From: Octopus bimaculoides
Lineage: Eukaryota
Direction of reading: 5' to 3'
NCBI RefSeq assembly: GCF_001194135.2
Contig: NC_068990.1
Location: 17,466,795-17,530,794 of the forward strand
Length of the DNA: 64,000 bases
Below, piece by piece: positions 1 to 14,309 of the stretch. The notes beneath the pieces are model-generated. The model was not told the origin of the DNA, ran no database searches, and worked only from the letters and a program-made list of their open reading frames with translations. A program made the translations under genes and the position numbers. Each line of letters begins with the position of its first letter. Position 1 is the stretch's first letter.

Positions 1-1136
1 CATTATTTTTAAAAACAACTGAAACAAAGTTGTGTATTCACAAAGGTTAAGCAGACATATTTTCAGAAGGAACCCAGCCAGGACCAATTTGTATTTAATC
101 CCAGTATGTCAGACTACATCATTCAATGATGGTATGGGAGGCATTTAACCCTTTTAATACTGACCTACCTGAGGTTGTCCCTGATTCTAAAATACAAACC
201 TTCCATTGAAATTTCATGCTAATTTATGTTCTACGCACCAGCTGAATAACGACAAAATTATTCTATTAAACTTTTATTCTTTTCTTTTACTTGTTTCAGT
301 CATTTCACTGTGGCCATGCTGGAGCACCGCCTTTAGTCGAACAAATTGATCCCAGGACTTATTCTTTCTAAGCATAGTACTTATTCTATCAGTTCCTTTT
401 ACCAAACTGCTAAGTTACAGGGACATAAACACGCCAACATTGGTTGTCAAGCGATGGTGGGGGGAGAAACATATAAACATATACACATACACGTAGACAC
501 ACACACACACACACACATACGATGGGCTTCTTTCAGTTTCCATCTACCAGATCCACTCACAAGGCTTTGGTTGGCCCGAGGCTATAGTAGAAGACACTTG
601 CCCAAGGTGCCATGTGGTGGGACAGAACCTGGAACTATGTGGTTGGTAAGCAAGTTTCTTACCACACAGCCACATTGAAACAACAGCAGTGCATTTCAGT
701 AGAAATGTGGTAATGAAAGGAGTAAGAGAGTAGGATGCGATATGAAGGAAACCTGGTTGCTATTTTTAGCAGAATGAATGACTTTTGAGAGACTCCTCTT
801 GTTTTGCTTATGTGATGTCTTTGTTGTGGAAGTCTTTTGTGCATAAGTAATGAAAAATATCATCCTTTCTGCTAGAATTAATTTCAGTTTTGGTTTTCAG
901 GCGATGCCACATGGAAAGGAATGGGCAACCAGTTTACAGTCTTCTTCAAATATTGTTTATATATATATATATGTATACACACACACACACATATACACAC
1001 ACATATACACACACACACATATACACACACATGCATATTCAATGAGAGGACATCTGGTCATGCTGAAGAAACTTAGAGCAGCACGAAGTAAAGCTTTAAC
1101 CTTGACTGGATAGTTTTACAGACACATATATGCATG

Positions 1137-1188
<52 letters not shown>

Positions 1189-1322
1189 TGTGTGGCTGTG
1201 TACTACATGCACACACACACACACACACATGCATGACTACCAAGTAGATGATGTCTAAATTTCAATGTTTCTAGGTTGGAGACAGGCACTGTGAAAAATA
1301 AAACCAGAAGAGCATACACAAT

Positions 1323-1374
<52 letters not shown>

Positions 1375-1651
1375 GCATTCTCTATATTACTAACATATTT
1401 GAACATGAATGCCCTGAGGTGGTTCAAAAATGAAGCCAAATAAAAGAATGTCTGTTAGAACTTAACAGACAGTATAGCAAAAAATGTGTCAGAAATGAAT
1501 GCAACCCACTCATTGACACTGGAAACATTCTGTGGTTTAGCCAAGACAGCTTTGATAAAACAGGTCTATGGTCAGTGTCCCAGCCATATCCATTTCCTCC
1601 TCCTGTTTGACTCAACAGTCTTTAATTTTCAACAATATACACCCCTGCTGT

Positions 1652-1863
1652 TTAACCCTTTAGTGTTCTAATTACACTGTCAAATACAATGCTTAGTTAT
1701 CCATGTTATTTTGAATTGTAGCTTTAAGATTTCAATGATGTAATTGCATATTTTTAGAATGACATTGTAGGGTAGATGTGAGAGGTTGGATCTGGCCATC
1801 TTGAACATAAAATAGGTAGAATATTTAGGCTGGATATGACTGGTTTAAATTCTAAAGAGTTAA
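1652..1863. mobile_element. piggyBac-like MITE (TTAA|CCCTT...AAGRG|TTAA)
   Basis: It has TTAA flanks and short TIRs. Relatives lie at about 145-270, 10056-10340, 12614-12840, 23990-24170 and 42140-42362. Confidence 0.65.
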
Positions 1864-2024
1864 GGACAGTGCAGTTTGGAGCTGTTCTGCCTTTGTCTGC
1901 ACCAACCTATGAGTTTCTAGTTTCTTTTTCTGCACAAGTCTTGGAGAAATAAAGTTATGGTTGCTGTCTTCCCTTCTGACTAAGACATAAAAAAAAAAAA
2001 AAGCTATCATTTGTAAGATTCTAT

Positions 2025-2410
2025 CATTAACAGAGCTCTCTCACTGACGGAGCTCTTTCATCGACAGAGATCTCTAATAGAGCTCTCTAATAGAGCTCTC
2101 TCATTGATACAGATCTCATTAACAGAGATCTCTTATTAATGAAGTTAATAAAACTCTATCATCAATTGAGCTCTCTTGTTAACAAAACTGTCATAAAATT
2201 CTATTGTTAATGGAGCTCTCTCATTATTAAAGATCTCTCGTTAACAAAACTCTGTAACCAATAATGCTCTGACATTAACAAAATGCTTTGATAACAGAGT
2301 TCTTCCATTAACGAAACCCTATCATGAACAAAAATCAATCTTTAACAAAGCTGTTATTAACAGCTCTCTCGTTAACAAAGCTATTGAAAAAATGATCTCG
2401 ATCATTAATA
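2025..2410. repeat. Degenerate minisatellite, unit of about 20 bp (TAACAGAGCTCTCTCAT-like)
   Basis: AGAGCTCTC/AGATCTC and TTAACAAA motifs recur at roughly 10-22 bp spacing. Confidence 0.7.
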
Positions 2411-5113
2411 GTAATTACCATGTGGAGTTACATATTGGAATTTAAAAAAAAATTTCATTGACTGAATTTGCAAAAAACAAATTATTTGGTTGTTTTTACT
2501 TTGACTCAAGTATGCCAATTATTAAAAAACATGTTAATTTATAGTCAGGAAACTAGTATTTTAATTATTGACTTGTAAACGATGAAAGGTAAAGTTGACT
2601 TAGGATGGATTTGAACTCAGAACATGGAGAGCTGGAACAACCGCTGCAAAGTAATTTGACGCTCTGATGATTTTGCCAATCAGCTGCTTTGGGAAGGTAA
2701 TACCTTAATACCATTTTGGGAACAGATAGAGATTGTGCACCTGCGTAAGCACCACCACCGAAACCCCGTCACCACTGCCGCCGCCACCACCATCATCATC
2801 ATCATCATCATCCAGTAAAACTGTACAATCAGCATTTTCAGTTACAACGTCATAGGGCTAAGGACTTGACTATCTTTGTTGTTTCTTAATTCTCTTGTAT
2901 TCGAAACTTCTTTTGTAACTATTTTGGTACCTTAGAGATTGTTGGACTGTAACCTTCAAAATATGATATGATAAAGCAATAAAATTAAACACCTATCAAT
3001 CAACAGTGGCACCATTCTTCATTTTTTTAGGATTCAGTTCCATGCATAACCATGTTTTTGGTTGGTATGTTGAATATTTCTCCTTCAGTTTTCTATTAAA
3101 CAATAATTCACCAGCAACCCAAGAACCCATAGAATAATCGTTATGTTCTGAATGCTTCTTGACAAATCTGATATCATTTTTGTGTGTGCGCACGCATGTG
3201 TGTGTGTGTGTGTGTGTGTGGATGGATGGATGGATGAGTGTATACAATGCAAAACATGCATAACAGGCTCATCACACTTCCTTCATGAATTTATTTTGGG
3301 CAAGTCAATGTTTGTGTATACAAATTAACACACATGGTATGTGCGTGTGAATGTGTGTGTGAGAGAAAGAGAGAGAGAGAATGTGTGTGTGTGTGTGTGT
3401 AAGTGTGTGTGTGCATATGGCTGTGTGTACACAGTATCTTACCCACTGAGTATTGCTAGTATCCGTGTGAAACCATGGTATGGATTTCATTCTATATTCA
3501 CCTATAAACATGCATAACACAAACACACTTCCTTCATGAATGCATCTTGGGCAATTCAATAGATATGTATATAAATAACAATAGATACATGGTGTGTGTA
3601 TGTACAAGAGAGTGTGTGCAATCTCTTCCTTTTTTAATTCTTTTAAATTTTCCTGGAGCAGGTTTCTAATTAACAGGACCCTATCATTTGCATTTAGATA
3701 ATAAAAATGGTAAAGTGTTTAATGTTAAAATTTAGAAAAGTCTTACATATTTTCAATGTTCCATTTACTTATAAACTGAAATTACAAAGATTATGAATGA
3801 AATAGTCTTTTCCTTTACTTAAAAGCCCTACATGTGCCAATGGTTCTGGGGTGCAAATATAAGGCAGTGAATTGGCAGAGTTGTTGAAGAATTGGATAGA
3901 CCACCTCACAGTAGTTGTTGCGACACATGGTGTTCTGAGTTCAAATGCTGCCAAGGTTCACTTTGCCTTATATTCTTTTGCAGGCTGATAAAAAAAAGGT
4001 ACTCGTCCAGAGCAATGGATTGGCAGAACTGTGAAACGTCAGACCAAATGTCTTGTAGTATTTGTTCTGACTGTCATTGCCTGAGTTCAACTGCTGCCTA
4101 GGTCAACTTTGCCCTTCAAATTTTCAGGGTCAATATATTGACACTCCATCAGTTACATAAAACAGGGGAATGGTTGATCCAGTCACCAGAACAGCTTGCT
4201 TGTGAAATTAATGTGCAAGTGGCTGAATATTCCACAGACATGCATACCTTTAATAGAGTTCTCAGTATGTGACAAGAACAACCCTTTGGATTGCAAGTAC
4301 AACTCATTTATTGCCAGCTGAGTGAATTGAAGCAACGGTGAAATAAAGTGTCTTGCTCAAGAACAGAATGCATCACCAGGAATTGAACTCACGACCTTAC
4401 ACTTGTGAGCTGCATGCCCTAACCCCTATGCCGTGGGTCAATAAAGGGGTACCAATCCAAGGTAGTGGATTGGCAGAAGTGTAAGAATGTTGGACAGGGC
4501 ACCTTGTAGTGTTTGTTTTAGCTCTTTGCATTTTGAGTTCAAATCCTACTGTAGTCCTGTCAAAGGTCATGAATGTGATATATTTCTTTTATTTGTTTCA
4601 GTTATTAGATTGTGGCCATGCTGGGGCATCACTTTGAAGAATTTTTAGTTGACTGAATCGATCCCAGCACTTGTTTTGTTGTGTAAGCCTAGTACTTACT
4701 TTGTTGTTTTCTTTTCCTGAACTGCTAAGTTACAGCAACGTAAAAGCACCGATACCAGTGGTGGTGGTGGTAGGGGGGACAAACACAGACACAATTATGC
4801 TCCATAGCTCCATAGAATCATGGTTCAGTGCCGAACAAGCTGTATTTGCTGTACATTATTCCATTTAAAGGGTTTCACTTCACTTCACATATAATTTCAC
4901 ATACATGTAATTTCTAACTGTAATCAAAGGCTGAATTTTCTTTGGCTCACATCAAGTTCAAGACTTTGGGGCTGACTGAATGGTCCATTGATGCTTTCAT
5001 TTCATTATATAAATATCAATGTATTTATGCCCAGACAAACACATACAAATATGTATGTACATAAAGATGCTATATACATACACCCTCACACATACATGCA
5101 TGTGTGTGTGTGC

Positions 5114-5161
<48 letters not shown>

Positions 5162-6303
5162 TTTTATTTTTTATTTGTTTCAGTCATTTGACTGTGACCA
5201 TGCTGGAGCATCGCCTTTTAATTGAACAAATCAACCCCAGGACTTATTCTTTGTAAGCCTAGTACTTATTCTATCAGTTCCTTTTGCTGAACTGCTAAGA
5301 TACAAGGACATAAACACACCAGCATCAGTTGTTAAGTGATGGTGGGGGAACAAACACAGATACACAAATACATACATACATAAATATATATACATATACA
5401 TCATCATCATCATCATCATCGTTTAACGTCCGCTTTCCATGCTAGCATGGGTTGGACGACTTGACTGAAGACTGGTGAAACCGGATGGCAACACCAGGCT
5501 CCAATCTAAATTTGGCAGAGTTTCTACAGCTGGATGCCCTTCCTAACGCCAACCACTCAGAGGGCTTCTTTCAGTTTCTGTCTACCAAATCCACTCAGAA
5601 GGCTTTGGTCGGCCCAAGGTTATAGTAGAAGACAGCCAAGGTGCAACACAAGGGAATTGAACCTCCTGGAACCATGTGTGAAGTATGCTTCTTACCACAC
5701 AGTCACTCCTGCGCCTACATATATNNNNNNNNNNNNNNNNNNNNNNNNNNNNNNNNNNNNNNNNNNNNNNNNNNNNNNNNNNNNNNNNATATATATCAGA
5801 TTGGAGCCTGGTGTAGCCATCTGGTTTCACCAGTCCTCATTCAAATCGTCCAACCCATGCTAGCATGGAAAGTGGACGTTAAAAGAGAGCGAGAGAGAGG
5901 AAGAGAGAGAAAGAGTAATATTTATGCCCAGTTAAACATGGATGTTCAGTTACAACAAACTAGACTGTGGTATAGTTTGTTCAAACAGAATATCCATGTT
6001 CAACTGGGCATAAATATTACCTCTCAGTATTGATACTGCCTCTGTCATTAATATATTATATATACACACATGCACACACCAGATACACACCTCATACGCA
6101 TTAATATGCACCCACACATATATCCATGTATAGATGCACATAAATATACATGTACATATATACATACACATAAATACACCCACCAACACACACACACACA
6201 CACACACACATAAATATATGTATATCTAGACACACAGAAATATATATATATATGCATATATGTACATACAGATATCCGTGCATATACACACATGCACACA
6301 CAA

Positions 6304-6339
<36 letters not shown>

Positions 6340-8208
6340 CTACCCAAACACATAAATATATACCCACACATGTACATATACCCATACATGAAATTAATAT
6401 AAACAGCTAAGTGCAATGTGATACCATAAAGGAAAAATTCAATTGTCACTAAGTGTGACTGAGGGATTTTTGAGTCAGTCATGGGGTGGCTACCTCCCTC
6501 GTCGGCATGTGTGCATACATCTGCGCTCTTCCTACAGCATTAAGAGTATTTTAACTCTTATTTCTAGCAATGTAAATGCTTCAGCACACTGATAAACCCA
6601 TACATGTATATACACCTACACATGTACATACACCCACATATAGATATACACTTACTCACACACAAATAAGCAGAACAAAATACAAAACAAGTCTGACCAC
6701 CATTACCAAGAATTGCCAATGCTAGTAAAAATAATAATCTCAGAGATTTCAGGATTTGGCGTTGCTACTGTTATTTCCTATCCCACTAGTAATTCTATAT
6801 CCTCTCACAGACAAACAGAAGTGTTTATAAAAAAAAAAACTGAAAATGTTATTCTATCTTTAACAATCTTAGACCGACAACGCCGAAATGGAAGTTGCTA
6901 GACTATCTCTGTAGCCACTTCACCCTCAAACCTGATGTTATTATTGTTCAAAGCACTTAACTACACCCAAATGATAGAACAAATTGTGGATAAGTAGGAT
7001 TATGTGTGTGTATCATCATCATCATTATCATCATCATTAAACGTCTATTTTCCATGCTGGCATGGGTTGGATAGTTTGACTGAGATTTGGAGGCACCAGG
7101 CTCCAATCTGATCTGGCAATATTTCTACAGCTGGATGCCCTTCCTAATGCCAACCACTCCGAGAGTGTAGTGGATGCATATATAGTGGATGTAACAGGTC
7201 ATGAGCACTGCTTCTCCAACTGACTAAACAAAGAAAAACTCACACACGCTCATATGTATCACATGATCAACCAGACTATTGGATGTTGTTATACATCACT
7301 GGACACTATGCATTTTAGACCAAAGAATTACTCAATACTTTTTAGTAGGGGACAAATTTATAAACTTTTACAAGAAGAGGGAGATATAGACATACACACA
7401 CACACACACACACACACGCATATATATCACCATCATCATCATCATTATTTAACGTCCACTTTCCATGCTGGTATGGGTTAGGTGGCTTGACTGGAACTGG
7501 TAAGCCAGAGAACTGCACCAAGTTCGGACAAACTATATATATATATATATATATATATAAAGTTACATATGTGTGTGTGTGTGTGCATGTGTGAGTATAT
7601 ATGTATGTATATGTGTATGTATGTATAAATAGATATATGCATATATAAAATTATATATAAGTAATAATTTATGAAGATTGACATAACTCTTAACGACAGT
7701 AAATAAGCAATAACCACACATCTTTTATTGCTTATATGTAATTAATAATGTGAAGAAGCAAGATGTGGTTTCCTCTCAACTTAGTAGTTGGAGCAATAAA
7801 TAACAAACTGCTAACCCATGTACCATATTACACACCTCAGGGTTTTTTCCCACTAACATCTGGTGTATATTTCCACCTATCTTTTTTCATATTGCTGTTT
7901 TATAGTTTAATCATCTTAATAGTGGTTTTACTTGGTTCAGCTTTATTTATTTATTTATTTTATCAGATAGACGAGAAGTAAGTGTTCAATGCAGGTGTAT
8001 GGTAATTAGATGAGTTTGAAATATAAAACATATGCGATGCAGGGTGAATTCATGCATATAGTGAATGCATGAATATATAACTGGCACTCCGTCGGTTACA
8101 GTGATGAGCCTTCTAGTAGATCCAATCTATGGAACAGCCAGCTCGTAAAATTGATGGACAAGTGGCTGAGCAGACTTACATATTCTTAATGCAGTTCTCA
8201 GGAATGAT

Positions 8209-8597
8209 TCATAGGCATAGGAGTGGCTGTGTGGTAAGTAGCTTGCTTACCAACCACATGGTTCTGGGTTCAGTCCCACTGCGTGGCATCTTGCACAAGT
8301 GTCTTCTATTATAGCCTCGGGCTGACCAAAGCCTTGTGAGTGGATTTGGTAGATGGAAACTGAAAGAAGCCCGTCGTATATATGTATATGTGTATGTGTG
8401 TGTGTGTTTGTGTGTCTGTGTTTGTCCCCCTAGCATTGCTTGACAACTGATGCTGGTGTGTTTATGGCAAAAGAAACCGATAGAATAAGTACTAGGCTTA
8501 CAAAGAATAAGTCCCAGGGACGATTTGCTCGACTAAAGGCGGTGCTCCAGCATGGCTGCAGTCAAAAGACTGAAACAAGTAAAAGAGTAAAAGAGAG
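8209..8597 (+). mobile_element. SINE family C (tRNA-like head, internal (TG)n, AAAAGAGT tail), inserted into a family D copy
   Basis: The head reads GTGGCTGTGTGGTAAG..GGTTCAGTCCCACTG. Other copies lie at about 278-672, 4585-4790, 5160-5400 plus 5558-5715, 8748-8905, 9170-9505, 14325-14445, 17890-18050, 19580-19728, 28425-28715, 43870-44010, 57375-57525 and 63650-63783. Confidence 0.85.
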
Positions 8598-10399
8598 CGT
8601 GACACAGAGTGTGACAAGGCTGGCCCTTTGAAATACAGGTACAACTCATTTTTGTCAGCTAAGTAGATTGGAGCAATAAAGTAATGTAACAAAATAGCAC
8701 ATCACATTTTCTCCAATACTCTAACACACACACACACACACACACACATGATGGGCTTCTTTCAGTTTCCATCTGCCAAGTCCACTCGTGCAGCATTGGT
8801 TGACCCAGGGCTATTTGCAGTAAACACTTTTTCAATGTACCACACAGTAGGACTGAACCTGAAACCTTATGATTGGGAAGCAAGCTATTTAACCATGCAT
8901 CCATGCCTGTGTCTAAGCATCTTCATGAAAAATGAAGAACACAATGGCTGCTGTAATCTGAGATAATAAGATTCTAATAAGATGGTGCGGAGAGCAACAT
9001 GGCAGGAATGCTTTTGATTGTGGTAATCTGTTTGACCAGTGCTGACCAAAGGCTAAACAATAACAACTTCAATGGCACCTCTATGTGCTTATATGAATAG
9101 CATGAAATAGCAATCAAATCACCATCAAATCACATTGTTGCCTTTTAAAAACACTACTCTGTAATCTTTTATCTGTTTCACTTGTTTTGCTCATACTACT
9201 GTGGCCATTAAGTAACAGGGATGTAAACAAACCAACATCGTTATTCAATCAGTGGTGGGGGACAAACACAAACTCAGACACACATTCACATATATATGTA
9301 TATATCTGAGTATGTGTGCATGCACACACACATATACATATATTAGCTTCCACATAGCTTCCATCTACCAAATGAACTCACAGGGCATTGGTTGCCCCAG
9401 GGCTATAGTAAAAGATATTTGCCCAAAGTACCACATGGTGGGACTGAAGCTGAAACCACATGGGTGCAAAGCAAGCTTCTCCACCACACTACCATGACTG
9501 TGCCTGTTAAAAAAAAAAGAACTGGATGGCTGCCGCCATTTGAATGACTTTGATCCACGACCTGCTAGAACAAGGGGCTGACTCGGTGCTAAACAACATT
9601 ATTTCTTGCAATGCTGCCATAGAAGCTTCAGTCAAAATTTACAGAGAATCACGGAAGAATAAACTTACATAGTATTTTGATGTTGACATGTTGGTATAGC
9701 ATCTGCAAATCTTAGAGAGGTGCATGCTACTTCCTGCCTATGCGTACGTTTATCTTGCCTTCCTGCCATCATACAATAACAGACAGGTTTGGCCTCATCG
9801 TACACAATATCGTATAAAATGGTGTTGTTTATTTTAAAATGCTCCTCATCATACTAGTTGACACGTAACCTTTGATAGCAGGAAAAGCCCCTCCCACATC
9901 CCATAGCAGATTTTAATTTCATCATTTTTTTATATGAATATATCAACATATATTTTAATATCATTTACTGGAAGAGCAGACGAGGAAGTGTGTGTGTGGT
10001 AGCTCAACCTGCAAGAAACAGCAGCCAGATCTCGCTCAAATCCTATCTTATTATCTTAACCCTTTAGCATTGAAATTGCTCTGTCAATTGTAATGCATAT
10101 TCATTCCCATTATTTTGAATTAATCATGCATGATCTTGTAGCTGGACTATTCAGCAAACGCCTGATATCTTGGCTCCTTTCCGTACAATCTCATTGTGTC
10201 GAGATTTCAATGATATGATTCTTTATTATTAGAATGACATTATAGGTTAGATGTGAGAGGCCACCACCTCTAGCTGGTTTGATCATGAAACAGGTGAAGT
10301 ATTTGGGTCTCACATGGCTGGTTTAAACGCTAAAGGGTAGTCCACTGCACGAAAAATTAAAAACATAAATAAATAAATTAAATAAAATACTTTTGACAA

Positions 10400-10805
10400 C
10401 AGGTCGGCTGAATCAGGTTAATTACAGTGATCCCTAGTACTTAACTGGCACCCTATTTCATCAGCCCTGAAAGGATGAAAAGTAAAGCTGACCTCAGCAG
10501 GATTTGAACTCAGTATGTAAAGAACCAGAAGAAATGCTGCTAATGACTCTACCAGCTCGCTGCCTTAATAACGATAATTATTTTTTTCTACTTTTGACAC
10601 AAGGCCAGCAACTTTAAGGGGAGGGGTTGATCAAATATGTTGACCTCAGTGTACAACTGGTACTCCTTTTATTGACCCTGAAAGCATGAAAGGCAAAGCT
10701 GACCTCGGAGGAATTTAAACTTGGAATTCAATGAGTTGGAGGAGATGTTGCTAAGCACTCTTTCCAACACTTTAACCATTCTGCCAGCTTGCTGCATCAA
10801 TAATA

Positions 10806-10843
<38 letters not shown>

Positions 10844-10865
10844 TTATTCTTTTATTTTATTTTTC

Positions 10866-10900
<35 letters not shown>

Positions 10901-11757
10901 TCTTTCTACTAAAGGCACAAGGTCTGAAATTTTGTAGGAGGGGACTAGTTGATCACATTGACCCCAGTGTTTCACTGGTACTTAATTTATCGACCCTGAA
11001 AGAATGAAATGCAAAAATCGACTTCAGTGGAATTTGAACTCAGAACGTTAAGTCGGATAAAATGTTGCTAAGTATTTTGCCCAGTATGCTAATGATTCTG
11101 CCAGCTTGCCAAGTTCATAATAATAATAACAACAATAATATGGTGTGTTTCTACACAATTTCTGCCCAGCAAATTTCACTTACAACATATTGATCAGCCC
11201 AAAGCAATGAAGACATTTACTTCAAATACCATGTAGTAGGAATGAACCAAGAACCATGTGGTTTTGAAACAAACTTCCTAACCATGTAGCAATAGAATAA
11301 GTTATTATTATTTTGCAGCAGAAGACACCCAGATAGGTGGGGGGACAGAAACTGTTGAGAATAGAGCTGTATTCCAAACAGAATTTAGTTCCATTCTTCT
11401 GAGTTCAAATTCCACTGAAGCTGACCTTTTGACCTGCCAGGTTATCAATAAAGTACCAACGCTGCTTCTGGTTCTTCACATTTTGAATTCAAATTCTGCT
11501 GAGGTTGACTTTGCCTATAATCCTTTCGGGGTCAATGAAATAAGAACCTGCTGAGTACTGGGGTCAATGTAATTGAATTTCCCCTTCACTCAAAAACTTC
11601 AGGCCCTGGCCAAAATTTGAAATCATTAATATTATTTATTAAGAACATGACAGGCATTAGGGTATCAGAATAAATGCTTTGCAGTATTTCTTCTGACCCT
11701 TTATGTTCTGAGTTCAAATCCCACTGATGTCAACTTTTCCTTTCATCCCTTCAAGGA
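10400..11757. mobile_element. Cluster of family A SINEs (three minus copies head-to-tail, then plus copies)
   Basis: The motifs TTGACCCCAGT..ACTGGTAC and GAATTTGAACTCAGAA recur, separated by (AAT)n. Other A copies lie at about 2550-2690, 3870-4130, 22180-22625, 39050-39240, 39623-39915, 40350-40500, 43249-43670, 49500-49607 and 57735-57920. Confidence 0.8.
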
Positions 11758-12179
11758 TNNNNNNNNNNNNNNNNNNNNNNNNNNNNNNNNNNNNNNNNNN
11801 NNNNNNNNNNNNNNNNNNNNNNNNNNNNNNNNNNNNNNNNNNNNNNNNNNNNNNNNNNNNNNNNNNNNNNNNNNNNNNNNNNNNNNNNNNNNNNNNNNNN
11901 NNNNNNNNNNNNNNNNNNNNNNNNNNNNNNNNNNNNNNNNNNNNNNNNNNNNNNNNNNNNNNNNNNNNNNNNNNNNNNNNNNNNNNNNNNNNNNNNNNNN
12001 NNNNNNNNNNNNNNNNNNNNNNNNNNNNNNNNNNNNNNNNNNNNNNNNNNNNNNNNNNNNNNNNNNNNNNNNNNNNNNNNNNNNNNNNNNNNNNNNNNNN
12101 NNNNNNNNNNNNNNNNNNNNNNNNNNNNNNNNNNNNNNNNNNNNNNNNNNNNNNNNNNNNNNNNNNNNNNNNNNNNNNN

Positions 12180-12515
12180 TAACGTCCGCTTTCCATGCTA
12201 GCATGGGTTGGACGATTTGACTGAGGACTGGTGAAACCGGATGGCAACACCAGGCTCCAATCTAATTTGGCAGAGTTTCTACAGCTGGATGCCCTTCTTA
12301 ACACCAACCACTCCGAGAGTGTAGTGGGTGCTTTTATGTGTCACCCGCACGAAGGCCAGTCAGGCAGTACTGGCAACGGCCACGCTCAAAATGGTGTCTT
12401 TTATGTGCCACCCGCACAAAAGCCAGTCCAGGGGCACTGGCAACGATCTCGCTCGAAAACCCTACGAAGGCCAGTCAGGCGGCACTGGCAATGGTCACGC
12501 TCAAAATGGTGCATC
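12180..12515 (-). mobile_element. SINE family B (RTE-type 3' tail, (GAT)n), young
   Basis: Consensus ..GGTTGGCGTTAGGAAGGGCATCCAGCTGTAGAAAC..CCAACCCATGCTAGCATGGAAAGCGGACGTTAAAC(GAT)n. Other copies lie at about 5400-5557, 5795-5883, 7010-7175, 13960-14115, 14530-14710, 16390-16555, 41360-41550, 47786-47908, 52600-52666, 58200-58550, 58757-58892 and 63785-64000. Confidence 0.85.
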
Positions 12516-13440
12516 TTTTCATTATTATTATAATATATTCATAATAATATATCATATTACATTCAGAGTATAATATTTATTATAATGAATTTAATTAAAT
12601 AACTTTGTTATTACTAACCCTTTGGCACTCAGATTATTCTGTTAAATGTAATGCTTATTTATTCACAATGTATTGAATTAATCTTGCATTATCTTGTAGC
12701 TTTGAGATTTCAATGATGTGATTGTTGACTTTTAGAATGACATTGTAGGGTAGGTGTGAAAGGCTGAATCTGGTCAGTTTAAACATAAAACAGGTAGAGT
12801 ATTTTGACCAAATATGGTCGGTTTAAAAACAGAAAATTAATATCATAGAACCCGGGACTGTTGTGTAAAATGGTAAGAGAATGGAATTGATATTAAAGGT
12901 GTTCAGAAAGAATTTAATTAAGTAATTGAAATGATAATTATGAAGCCAATATCACACTTATTAGTTCCTTTAAATTAGTAGAAGCGGGTGCTCAACCAAA
13001 TAGTGTTTATTATAATAATCAGATTATAAAGTATTGTGTTTAACAGTCTCATAATGTCAGGCTAATGTACCAAAAACTGTGTAGAAGATATAGGGGGCAG
13101 CAGAAAAACCTCCCATGATTTACACAGCCATCAGTCTGGCACTAATAAAGCTAAGCAGGTGGTAATAGTGTTTCCATGTAGCTAATGCATTATCGTTTTT
13201 TTTTTTTCCAGTTACTATCATGGCTTGAACTGGTACATATTGTGTGTTTTCTGTTGAAACATTTATCAAGAGTGGTGAATGGGGGAAGTTTTTATTGTCG
13301 CACCCCATACAACGCAATGTGCAAGCAATTTACTGAAATGTGACTGTCTGTAAAACTAATCAGTAGAGAAGTAGGAAAAAGTCAGGCTACACTTATCTTT
13401 TAAAATATTGTAATTAGCTGATAAATGGAATAGTCTACAG

Positions 13441-13742
13441 CAGTGCTTCTCAAATTATTTGATGTGGCGTACCGGCAGTTTTTTTTTCCAGTGTGCCAGG
13501 GACCGGTAATATTTCTTAGTAATGTTAACTTATACCGGAAACAATATATACAGTGAATATAATAAAAGTTGACAATTCTTTTTATCTTATGTTTATTTTG
13601 TAAACAAATAAATACAATATTACATAAGCATTTTATAAGCATTTTATAATGCTTCTTTCTTTTGTGGAAACTCACTGCATACCGGCAGCTGATGGCTTGT
13701 GGACCGGCACCAGTCTGTGAACCACCACTCTGAGTAGCACTG
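13441..13742. mobile_element. hAT/Charlie-like MITE
   Basis: The termini read CAGTGCTTCTCAAA ... TCTGAGTAGCACTG. The 8-bp TSD is not cleanly matched. Confidence 0.55.
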
Positions 13743-13904
13743 AGTAGTACAGTCCATAGTCACAGGTTTGGAAAATGGAAATATGAAATTTATTGGTTCA
13801 GTCTGGATCATGGTATTATGGGAGAAAAAAAACTTTTCTGGGGTTTAAATCAAGCTCAAAAATAGAAGTTTGTTATCCTTATACTCACCCCCTCTATATG
13901 TATG

Positions 13905-13959
<55 letters not shown>

Positions 13960-14129
13960 TTGGCGTTAGGAAGGGCATCCAGCTGTAGAAACTCTGCCAA
14001 ATTTAGATTGGAGCCTGGTGTTGCCATCCGGTTTCACCAGTCCTCAGTCAAATCGTCCAACCCATGCTAGCATGGAAAGCGGACGTTAAACGATGATGAT
14101 GATGATGATGATGATATGTATGTATGTAT

Positions 14130-14167
<38 letters not shown>

Positions 14168-14276
14168 GTATATATATGTATATATATATATATACATGTA
14201 TATATATATATACACATACATACATACATACCTACATACATACATACATGCATACATACATACATACATACATACA

Positions 14277-14309
<33 letters not shown>

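Noticed and set aside
2996-3190. ORF with DYSMGSWVAGE, vaguely like an integrin FG-GAP repeat
   Set aside because: The motif is poor, there are no compatible splice sites, and the start lies in a microsatellite.
9669-9855. Open minus-strand frame ending at a GTAAGT donor
   Set aside because: The acceptor is weak, the phase is incompatible with integrin exon 1, and the peptide is unrecognisable.
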